64,000 bases of DNA from Tubulanus polymorphus (Eukaryota; Animalia; Nemertea), in assembly GCF_964204645.1 (NCBI RefSeq), contig NC_134027.1, positions 24,514,560 through 24,578,559 of the forward strand. Direction: 5' to 3'. The position numbers were made by a program, and so were the translations under genes. Below are positions 1-10,385 of this stretch, piece after piece; within the stretch, counting starts at the first letter, position 1; every line of letters starts with the position of its first letter. The notes beneath the pieces were generated by a model. The model searched no databases and was not told the DNA's origin. It worked only from the letters and a program-made list of their open reading frames with translations.

Positions 1-401
1 CATACGAGCAATCATCTCAGATTGAAATCGATTCTCAGTGCGCAGATGATTGCTCGTAGTCTGCACGTTTTTGTAGTAACATCGAAATCAGGATCTGCAA
101 TCTGTTGCTGCATGCTGCATGCAATATCCGACATCAGCAGCAGCATTTAAGGAGAAGGACTGCGCGAATTTGTTGAGATATTTACTGAGCTGTGCCTCAA
201 ACTGCTCAGTGTTGCAGTGGAGCGTTATCCGATAGTTGATGTCAATCCACTGTTGGTCTTAATTACGGGGGAGTCTCGATGTCGCGCGAGGAACTACCCG
301 CATCAATCATTTCGTTGTGTCCATTATCGCCTCTCGTGATGAACGAGTTAATTACTAAATCATTGACACTATAACACGGCACATTTTTTCAGAAATAATC
401 A

Positions 402-407
402 TTTATT
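402..407 (-). terminator. Candidate polyadenylation signal (AATAAA) of the aquaporin
   Basis: tttatt on plus, about 700 nt downstream of the stop, in an AT-rich context. Confidence 0.35.
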
Positions 408-1108
408 CGTTAAATAAATACGAATATATCTATATATATATGTATAATATATATTAATACAGCGTAAGTAAAAATATAATAATAACGTACTTATGATTAC
501 CAAAATATAGTACGATAGAGGGCGTAGTAAGCTCGCCGTCTGCGATCCGAATGACGTTGCCGTCGCGCCAAACGACATTCAAATTGCGGCCCATGGACAG
601 GTGGTTGTTGCTGCAAGGGCGCTCTAATTCGTGGGCACTTTCCAATTTCACGTATGTGTACTTATATAGCTGCGCCAAATATACACGACTTCCGATTAAA
701 CTGTGCGTATTGTACAGAAAACCCAGCACGGGCTTGAATCTAATTTTCACATTTTTCTCTTTAAAAAGTTCGAAAGCTAAAACCATTCGATAACTATAAC
801 ATCTATACGACCTTCCCGACGTTAGAAAATAACACGTTAAATATACCATATCGATCTTCCTTTAAAAAAAACTGGCATCTTATAAACATCAATAGTAGAG
901 CAAGCGCGTCGAAATATAGGGATACGTAAGTTTTGGTTCATTATCTCACCGCCATAGTGTATTCGGAAGAAACCATCTATAGGTTTAAGAGGTCAGCAAA
1001 GAGGTGTGGCCTAGAGACACCGGCTCGGCGCAGTCTGGCCGTCAACAGCAGGTCGGGGTTTCATATAGTCCACGAGTGGAAGTTTCATAGTTCGAAACAA
1101 AATAACGA

Positions 1109-1306
1109 TTACGGTTCTTGTTCTTTGACTTCGCCCATTTCATAGTCGGCGTTTCCTGATTCGTATTCGTTTTTCGGTAAGTCCGAATCGTAGTCGTCGC
1201 TCGTCAGCCAGCATTTGACGCGTTGTCGACTGGCGTTGGCCGCGAACACCAACTCGTAGACGAGCGTCGCCACAACTGCTCCCAGCATCGGTCCGATCCA
1301 GTAGAC
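1109..1306 (-). CDS. Aquaporin exon 3 (TM6 and C-terminus)
   Basis: tttcag|GTC TAC TGG ATC GGA CCG; TAA at 1111-1109. Confidence 0.92.
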   Translation of the reverse strand, partial: VYWIGPMLGAVVATLVYELVFAANASRQRVKCWLTSDDYDSDLPKNEYESGNADYEMGEVKEQEP

Positions 1307-2999
1307 CTGAAATCAGAAATAAAATATCGCGCATTACTGACCATGATTCTATGACTATACCGATTGACCGGAAGTATAATATCCTGATCTTATTCGATTC
1401 ATAATCCAGTTCGTTGCACAGTTGTCGGTTTGATTTGATTTTGTATACACTGCCATGCATAGTTAGTGTGCTGTGTGGGATTTGACTCTGGATCCAGTTC
1501 CACAGTTGTGTGGGTTTAATTTGACTCTGGATCTAGCTCCACAGTTGTGTGGGTTTAATTTGACTCTGGATCCAGATCCACTGTTGTGTGGGTTTAATTT
1601 GACTCTGGATCCAGTTCCACAGTTGTGTGGGTTTAATTTGACTCTGGATCCAGTTCCACAGTTGTGTGGGTTTAATGTGACCTTGGATGCAGTTCCACAG
1701 TTGCGTGTGTTTAATTTGACCTTGGATCCAGTTCCACAATTGTGCGGGTTTAATTTGACCTTGGATCCAGTTCCACAGCTGTGCGGGTTTAATTTGACTC
1801 TGGATCCAGTTCCACAGTTATGTGTGCTTAGTTTGACCTTGACCCAGTTCCACAGTAAATGCTATGTTCGTAATAATATGATATCGGTTATATTCTAATG
1901 ATGATCGTTCTTACCCAATGATCGGTCCATTTACCGCTAGCGACTGCCGAACCAAACGAGCGAGCCGGATTCATACTCGCACCTGTGACCGGTATCTAGA
2001 AACAAACACAGAATGAAACGGTTTTACTTACAACAAGAATCAATAGGAACACGAAACAAAGCGCCTAGTTTGGTAACTGGTACCTCGACAGAAAAAAACA
2101 CGTTGAAAAAAAAAAGAATTCACAGTAAGATAAATATAAGGAGCCTTTTCCACATGCAAAGCTCCGAATTGGCTTTCTAAAGTTAAAAGTCTATCTTTCT
2201 GAACGACGGATTGTTTGTAAATGTGCTATCTTTTTAGTCAAATTGAATTTGGAAATTAGAAATTAGTCCACGATGGAGTAAAGAGCTTCATCTAATTTAT
2301 TTGAGACAAAATGATATAAATGTGTTATCGAGTAAATCAAAAGAGTATTACTGGCTCTTAATTCACTGTTTCTTAAATCCGATGCAATATGATAATGTTT
2401 AATGATTTACTTACCGCGCCAAGATGAGCGATAAATACCGCTATACCGATAGCGAGCGGCCCTGACCCGCTCAAATCTGTTCGTTTACCATCGCAGCTAG
2501 CAAACACCGTGATAACTAGTCCGAAGGTTATGATCGCTTCGAAAAACAACGCCGCACCCACCGAAATGTGCGTCACCTTCGTCAAACCCCAAGCGCCGCC
2601 GATACTCGCCGGAATCATCGCTTTCAAGATCAACACCCCGACCATCGCCCCGAGGCATTGAGCAACGGCGTAAAAAACGAATCTGACGAAACTGATTTTT
2701 CGCGCTACGAGCATCCCCAGCGAAACGGCCGGGTTGATGTGTCCGCCGCTGACCCCGGCCGTGATCCAAACAGTCGTCGCGATAGCGAATCCGAACGCGG
2801 CCCCGATACGCAGAAATAAAGCGGCATCGTCGACGACTTTCCCTTGTTGCGGCGGCCACGAGAACGTAGCGCTTACTCCGATAAACAAAAATAGCAAAGC
2901 GCCGACGAACTCCGCCGAAACCGCTTTGTAGAAATCTACGTTTTTTAGATCCTTGAGGCTGCTTTGAAAACGGCCCTTTTTCAAACAAGCGTCGCCCAT
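1109..2999 (-). CDS. Aquaporin, AQP4-like classical water channel; 3 coding exons: 2415-2999, 1915-1995, 1109-1306 (287 aa)
   Basis: Exon 1 has AEF..G and [10 protein letters not shown]. Exon 2 reads [27 protein letters not shown] (second NPA) and exon 3 reads [18 protein letters not shown]...EQEP*. Both introns are GT-AG and phase 0. The ar/R filter residues read F-H-A-R, as in AQP4. Confidence 0.95.
1472..1856. repeat. 39-bp minisatellite, about 10 copies, in aquaporin intron 2
   Basis: Unit gactctggatccagttccacagttgtgtgggtttaattt; spurious ORF repeats [13 protein letters not shown]. Confidence 0.95.
1915..1995 (-). CDS. Aquaporin exon 2 (second NPA)
   Basis: tttctag|ATA...TGG|gtaag; 81 nt; [11 protein letters not shown]. 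Confidence 0.95.
2415..2999 (-). CDS. Aquaporin exon 1 (195 codons)
   Basis: ATG at 2999; donor GCG|gtaagt at 2414; MIP family signature [10 protein letters not shown]. Confidence 0.95.
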
Positions 3000-4171
3000 T
3001 TTTTTGTCGTCGTCGTCGTCGTCGTCGTCGAAATGCGATGTAACGGATCTAGTCAGAGCGCGATACTATCACAGCTACAACCCGGGAGCAGAGTAAGTAA
3101 TTCGCGAAGAGCTTTGACAGTTTGACGCGCGTAATAACAGACGACCCGCGCAGTTATACGTCGGGCGCGTTGTGTGTGTCGTCGCAAAATGAACGTTATA
3201 TCTGTTTTCAGTATATATTTGAATAGTTTTGAATATAGATATTAGGATAAAACAATAGGTTATGAAAAAGTTCATGGACACAGAACGAACAAACAAGAGC
3301 GAACGACTGCAAATCGTTTGATCGTTAATTGAACTCGTCTGATTTATCCTCTAGTCTTCTATGCTGGGAACACAATATTTCCAAATGTATTTCCCTGTGT
3401 CACGTGCGTTGGCCACTTGTGTGACCATGCCTCGTTATTTTTGTGTCTGAGTCTGAATGCCATTTCTGTCAACCACAAATTATGTCCTGTAGCCAGAATC
3501 GTTCAATCAGACACGACCAGCCTATCTTACTGGGTCATCAAACATGATGGGGATTCCTTGCAATATTTGTCTCGGATACACTAGCATATCTTTCTAAAGG
3601 TTTGATCATTTCAAAGGTGTGGTTGCGTGTATGCGGGGCGAAAACTACCTCATTTGTGTGCGTAGCTACGCTCCTGGCCTAGAACCACACTGGAATAATG
3701 CGCTTGAATATGAACTTAACCCTCGAATTTGTTAAATCTACCCGAGGATGAATATGATTTTGGAATACTCGTCTGCGCTCTGATGCTACCGGGAAACACG
3801 ATCGGGCCTAATATGGAAATTGCATTTCGTTAGTAAAAAACACTCACTTGAATTTGAAACGGTCTCTTTTTCTACTCAATGCGGGACATTAATTTACATC
3901 GTACGAACATCTTCAAACAACCTGAAGGGCTCTCGAATACATCAGACCCCATAGCAACAAGTCAACCGCGCTTTTTAGTGAAGATAAGGTGTGTACAGCG
4001 AATTGACTTGCGTACATATTGGTTATAATAGGTGCTATTTTTTCAATTGTTGCTTCTGATAAGTCGACAACCATATCAGTAAGTTTGAATAGGCCTCTAC
4101 AAACACCGTCGTGTTCAAAATCATATCAATCCTTAACACGTCGAATCCCTTTAAGATGTGCAACTTACAAC

Positions 4172-4377
4172 TTAAACCTACACAACTGTGGAACTGGGTT
4201 CAGAGTAAAATTAAACCTACACAACTGTGGAACTGGGTTCAGAGTCAAATTAAACCTACACAGCCGTGGAACTGGGTCCAGAATCAAATTAAACACACAC
4301 AACTGTGGAACTGGGTTTAGAGTCAAATTAAACCTACACAACTGTGGAACTAGATCCAGAGTCAAATTAAACCCGCA
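4172..4377. repeat. 39-bp minisatellite, about 5 copies, inverted relative to 1472-1856
   Basis: Unit aaattaaacctacacaactgtggaactgggttcagagtc is the reverse complement of the intron-2 unit. Confidence 0.93.
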
Positions 4378-5478
4378 TGACTTATTTCGACGAGTCAAAT
4401 GTTTGGCCTGATTTTACCCTTTTGTAAATTCCAGGGGTGGTCGGAGCGTCGATTCCTCAGTTCAAATCACAAATCACAAAGAAAATCAAGAATAAATACA
4501 CGATTTTATCAACAGATTGATATATTTTTTCAATGTAGAATCGTTTACAATTGCAACATGCACAATTCACTATAAAATGTTACTCAGCAGCAAGCAGTAT
4601 AGACTTTAATAATAATAATAATAATAAGAATAATAATAATATTGTCATATTGATAAAAATATTAATCCCTGTTTATATATGGAATACATAAATTGTGTTT
4701 ATGGAACAACTGAAAAATCCGTCAAATATTGGACCATTCCGAACACTCGGAAATAAGAGCAAGCCGGTTGTGACAGTTTTGAAATTGAATTTTGGTCGAA
4801 ATCATGGTTGAGATATTAGTTAATTTCTTCAACGATTTAACTGATGCATAACCGAATGTTGGCCGGTAACTGTTCCACATATCAACAGTCAGGCAAGGCT
4901 AGTACAATGGCAAAATTTGTGTTTGTTCTGACGTGTTCCATCGTTAAAATAAATTCCGTGGCCGAGTGTAGCGATGCCATCAGGTTCGAATCCCTGCCGA
5001 GGGAGGATGGTTAAAGTTATTTAAAATTAGTTTTTAAGTTCGCCTATCTATGGAAATAAGGTTATCTATGGAAATAAGGTTCCCGAGTGATGTTAGGGGT
5101 TCGACGTTTGAATTTGACATTAGAATGAACGAAGAACACTCGTGGTGAATAAATTTTGGAATGAGATCATCCTGTCTCGACGGGGGAACCTGATGGCATC
5201 GAGATTGCCACGGTTCGTGCTGTGTCTGGGTGTAGCGAGGCCATCAGGTTCGGGAACCTTATTTCCATAGATAGGATAGGCGAACTTAAAAACTGTTTCA
5301 ACTAACTTTAACCGGCTTTGATCATTAAAATTAGAACGATTATGCAAATAGTTTCAAAATAATTTATATCATTAACAATCGCGCAAGTGATCAGTATTGG
5401 CATTATTATGCGTTCTGAATTCGTTCATGTGGAATATTTCAACAGTTACAACAATAATAACAACACAATTACACAATT

Positions 5479-5593
5479 CTGGGGCCAGTTTTATAGACTG
5501 GTATTATCTTTAAACCGGGGGCTAACTCGATTGGAAATGAATTGAGTTAGCCCCCGGGTTAAAGATAATACCATTCTATAAAACCGGTTCCAG
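5479..5593. mobile_element. Hairpin MITE, Harbinger/Tourist-like
   Basis: 54-bp arms (5479-5532 and 5540-5593) with 6 mismatches; ends ctg-GGGCCAG...cag. Superfamily is inferred. Confidence 0.7.
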
Positions 5594-5870
5594 ATTTATT
5601 AATGTTCTCCAGTATAAATGAAGTTTCATATGCTAGAGATTATTTTTTCACAGTTTCGGTTAAATTGGTTCGATTTCAAATAGTCTGGCTCTACTACAGT
5701 CAAACATCAACTTAATATCATCAACGGGTGCTAGGTGTCCGAAATCGATCCGGCATCAAGCGGTCTCATAAAAATAACTAATCAAATTAAGCAGTGACCT
5801 GTTAGCCAGCCAATCAGGTAACCAGGCTAATTCGACTAGTAACGACTAGTGAGGATATTTCAACAATTCA

Positions 5871-6000
5871 GGGCTCAGTTTCACAAAAAAGTTAACCTCA
5901 AGTTTTTGGTGTAATTGCTATCGGTGACTTCATGTTTTCAATGAGGATAACAATTCAAAATTAACCGTTTAGGTGTCCACTTTTTCGTGAAACTGGGCCC
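5871..6000. mobile_element. MITE with GGGC(T/C)CAGTTTCAC TIRs; related copy at about 22803-22910
   Basis: gggctcagtttcacaaaaaag ... ctttttcgtgaaactgggccc. Confidence 0.65.
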
Positions 6001-6479
6001 GGGGTTCGTAATTTTAGTAGCCAACCGGTGAAAATGTAATGTCTTATTTTCTAGATATCTCTTTTCGATGCCAGAAATTAGCATATACGCTCAACATACG
6101 TGTACAAAACAGCTAGACATATGCACCAGCATATAAAATATACTTCGATATACTTCATAAGTACTAATCGATTAAAAAGGGAGCCAGTCCCTAGAGACAT
6201 CACCTGTTCAATATACAAATATCACACGATCTCGATTTTCAATCTAAAAACTACCGTTCAACATAAGTCACCTTTGTATATTATTTCCTACATTAGAAAA
6301 AAAATTGTTAAATGTGTTGACTGCATCATTCAGTATGGCTTCCAATTGCTATACGACAGCGCGAATAGGCAATAGAGCCATTGAACTAATTCTGTCAGGT
6401 TTTTTTTTTGAAAGCCTATACCCCGTATTTGTTACAGTTGCGTTGATTGTTGAAAAATTAGTTGAAAATCAGACGGCCT

Positions 6480-6770
6480 TCAGACCGAGTTGCACTTTAA
6501 GACCAATCTAAGCTCATTTTGGTTCTTTAAACCAAACTAACAATTTTAGACCAGTTTAAACCCAGTTTGGTTGCATAGCCAAATTAACAACTTAAGACCG
6601 GTCTAAGCTCATTTTAGTACTACAACCAATCTAACAAATTCAGACCTAAAGCCCATTTTAGTTCCATAGCCAATCTAAAAATGTAAGACCAGTCTAAACT
6701 CATTTGGTTATACAGCCAATCTAACAAAGAACCACAGGACTACAAGTGGTGACTATGCAACTGGTTCCAG
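6480..6770. repeat. ~47-bp tandem repeat inside a MITE-like frame
   Basis: Unit aagaccagtctaagctcattttggttcyatagccaatctaacaactt; bounded by agttgcac ... gcaactggttccag. Confidence 0.8.
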
Positions 6771-7923
6771 GGTCATAAAAAATGAGAAGGTCCTCATCAA
6801 TAACTCATCAATCTTTGTTTTGTGACACCGAACTCAGGGATAATTTTCAAATACACACGTAGACCAATTGTTTCACTCAGTCATGACACAATATCAAGGA
6901 ATTATAATTCTGGCAGCTGAAAATACTTCAGCAAAACAAGCCAGTTTTCTACAGCGCAGCCAGCATGGCTCAAATACAGAACCGCTGTTAAAGAGTTCAG
7001 CGAAAATCTGCAGCTAGAGTCAACATTTGGCTCAACAGAGTTTACTTATTGAAAATAAACTTCAGAGTCAAACTCAGAGCTGAGGAACTGTTATCCAAGG
7101 TCAGGATCCTGATGCTGACAAGACTAAGGCCCAACGCACATAATTCAAGGAAATGCGGAAACTGGGGACGGAAACATGTTTCCACATATTTACCTGCATT
7201 TATGAGAAACATGTTTTCAGGACACAACGTTTCCGAGATCAAACATGTTTGTTCCCATGTTCTGTGTTTCCATGTGTCGTGCACGTTTGGCTTTAGATTC
7301 GAGACCACTCTAAGACCATCTTGGTTTGTAGCCAATCTTGGTAGCATTTGTCAATCCAACAACTTCCAAGACTAGTCTTATAATTTGAGACCACTTTCAG
7401 ATTAAGTCTACACTGTGCGACTGGTTACAGAAAAGTTTCTCTCGAAGTCCAAAGTGGTCTTAAATCATGAGATCAGCTTCTAGAACCAAGATGGACTTAA
7501 ACCAGACTTCAGCCTTCGCTGTGCTTCCTGGTCCCATATCACCGAACTATTTATCACAGTTCATATTATGCTATTGCGACTATAATGAAATGTCAACCGA
7601 TTCCACAAATTGGTCCCCATAGTCTTCCATACGTGAAAGTATGATAAAAATAAATACCCGGTAGGATAACGACCTTAGAAATGGCGGCAACAAGAAACTA
7701 GTACAAATCGATTACTTGAGTATCAATGTCTTCATATCTACAGAGCATTTCTATAATATTCAGAATAGTGCATTCTATTCTACATAACTACATAATACCA
7801 TCATACTCAACGTTATTTAGTGATTATCATCCGCAATAAATCAGCAGTCATCGCCATCAAATCATTTAAAATGCATCCATTCCATATACAAATATACATG
7901 CATATATAGAACAATCATTTTAA

Positions 7924-8219
7924 CCCTTTCAGTGCATCTACACCGCAGTGCGGCGTATGGACAGTGATGGACTTTGCTAGTACATCGCACTGCGGTGTTC
8001 TGATGTAATTTGTAAACGTTTTTATCTCTAAAGAAAGATGGCAGCACCAGTCAAACACAGTAAATCTATAAGTAACAGATACAGTTATAAGTAACTAACG
8101 ATACACCGCACTGTGGTGTAGATGCATTGTAACTGATGCCTGCTATTCAATGCACTGGGCTGGACATTTTCAAATTATCTCCAGCACTTTAGGGTATTAA
8201 TTAGTCAGCACCAAAAGGG
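7924..8219. mobile_element. piggyBac-like MITE, copy 1
   Basis: TTAA|CCCTTTCAGTGC ... GCACCAAAAGGG|TTAA, with subterminal inverted repeats; homologous to 13178-13465. Confidence 0.8.
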
Positions 8220-9395
8220 TTAATCTTTACAGAAATTTTCTTTGAATTGCAATCATGTTTCCTGCAGATGTTTCTATCCCGAATTATCTGATATTTCCCC
8301 ATCACCAAATCTCAAATTCTCTCATCTGATATTCAGAAGTTACTTTTGACAGAAAATACAATTCAGAATTGTATTTGACAAACAATATGTTTTCGGTCGA
8401 AAGCAACAAATTGTAATATCTGTTTTTTTAGCCCAAACTCCGAGGCCAGTTCCACAGCCGAGACTTTATGGATGTAAATTCTTGTTTTGTCTAACTTAAA
8501 AAAATTTGTAAGGACTGACCTTGTCTCGGTCATAAGAGCTATCTTATCAACAGAAATATAAGCCAATCTTTGGAGGATTAGGGACAGGGATTTTAGATTA
8601 AAGCTTTAATCGTGGAACTGAGCTTTAGTTCTCAAAATAAACTACCGGGGTAGGTCTACCGTACTAAAATCACAAATATTTATCCAGACGACAGTTCTAA
8701 AAAATTCCATAGCTTTTTCAATAGCTTCGGACACAAAAATCGAATAACTTTTCCAAGCCTTGAAAACATGATCACTTATTTTCATGACATTTCCCGAGAT
8801 TTTCAGCACCAGTACAAACCCCGAACTACAGGAATCTTAGATTTCAACGAATTTCAAATAATACTGTATGAATTGCGACTTCAAAATAGCATTCCTCTAA
8901 ATTCAATTGATGGGAATGTTAGTTATATCTAGGAATACGCAGTTTGACAGCTGCAGATAAGAATCAGTCATGAATTGAACAAGCTTACAAATGCTGGAAT
9001 AAGAGTTTTAACCGCGATTTGGCAGTTATCAGACGGCGCATACAAAATTTCGCATTCAAACATCTAAGTTTTACGGCTTGACGTAAAGCCGCGCTTTATA
9101 TCACACGTTTGACTAGTCATTACAACATGAATTCTCAACAGCACTTTAATGAACTTTTTAACTTAACAGAAAAATCGTAAAAATGGCATTCTTTACATAA
9201 GCGCCATTGTGCGACGCGAGTTACTATATTTTGTATCCTATGAGGAGTTGAATAGAATGTCTTAGAAAGCTGGCTTCTTAAGTTCTTTTGTAGCGATACG
9301 ATTTTTGAAAATCTTTACATAATACGCGTTAGCACCAAGTGGAATAACAATGAAATAGTAATAAAACCGGATATCTAAAATACATATATCTCTCT

Positions 9396-10385
9396 CTAAG
9401 GCACGGTAGCTTCTTGTATGATGTGGACCCACCTGAAAGGAAATGTGACAGAAATTAAAAATTACAAAAACGAAAATACGTAAATATTGTTTTTTTTCAT
9501 TGCAATGATTACAGGGTGGCCACTTTCAGGGGCATATTTAGATGGTGCCTTTTTACTTTTTCTCTCTGTATCATAATTTGCCGTTGTAACCACCCAAGAT
9601 ACACAGTAGATATTTTACTAAAATTAAAATCTATATTTCCTGACTAAATGCCTCTTAGAGATGCTCAGAAAGCTCTAAATTGATAGTAAAATTTCAAAAA
9701 TTGTTCCTGATATGCCTTTTTCCACCGTAAATTAAGAATATATGCCCTTTTTATTGGTCGACATGGTCACAACATGCCCCTGGATCCGCCCCTGACTTTG
9801 ACTCAGTCACGTAAGACATAGAGATGGAAACGGTTTGATTTTACGCATCACTCATTTTAATCTCAACACATTTCCCAAACACACTCCTGATTTTTTAGCT
9901 TCTTTTTTTCTTTTTACGAAATTCCCCGACTTTTTAAGAAAAGAAAATTGCCCCGACTTTTCCCCGATTTCCAGGTCGATGGCCACCTTGAAATATCAAA
10001 ATTGAAGAAAACCTCGAAGAAATGTCTTAACAACGATTTGCCAGATATCACGCCAGACCTGATTTCGGCGAGTTAAGTAAATACGTTACTTTCTTGGCTG
10101 CGCTCAGTGAGTTAAGGTGGGAAAAATAATAAAATCATATCTGCCGGATCACATGAGCGTCTTGGCACCTGTGTCGACAGTTGGTCCGCGCCAAATTTGG
10201 AACGGGCCAAATCATCTCCGTGTGATCGCGGCTTGTATCTATACGTGTATCGATATGATCTCCAGTACGTGATGAAACATGACTTACTTCTCTTTCGCGT
10301 TTGGACTTTCAGTTCGGAACACAATCGACGGCCGGCCTTTATGGGATAATTCGAATACCAGACTGGGTTCGATGTTTTCAAACCA
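9396..10385 (-). CDS. FGD6: FGD6-like exons 20-21 (end of PH2 and stop)
   Basis: 10288-10385 WFENIEPSLVFELSHKGRPSIVFRTESPNAKEK; 9396-9432 WVHIIQEATVP*. Confidence 0.85.

Noticed and set aside
3-58. 15-bp inverted repeat at the window start
   Set aside because: Truncated context; probably a repeat remnant and cannot be assigned
1473-1898. ORFs with [13 protein letters not shown] repeats (also 4019-4411), and a possible CRISPR-like array
   Set aside because: These are translations of a 39-bp tandem minisatellite. There are no unique spacers and no cas genes, and the context is a eukaryotic intron.
4959-4993. Functional tRNA gene
   Set aside because: A-B box spacing is too short and no cloverleaf or anticodon arm is evident
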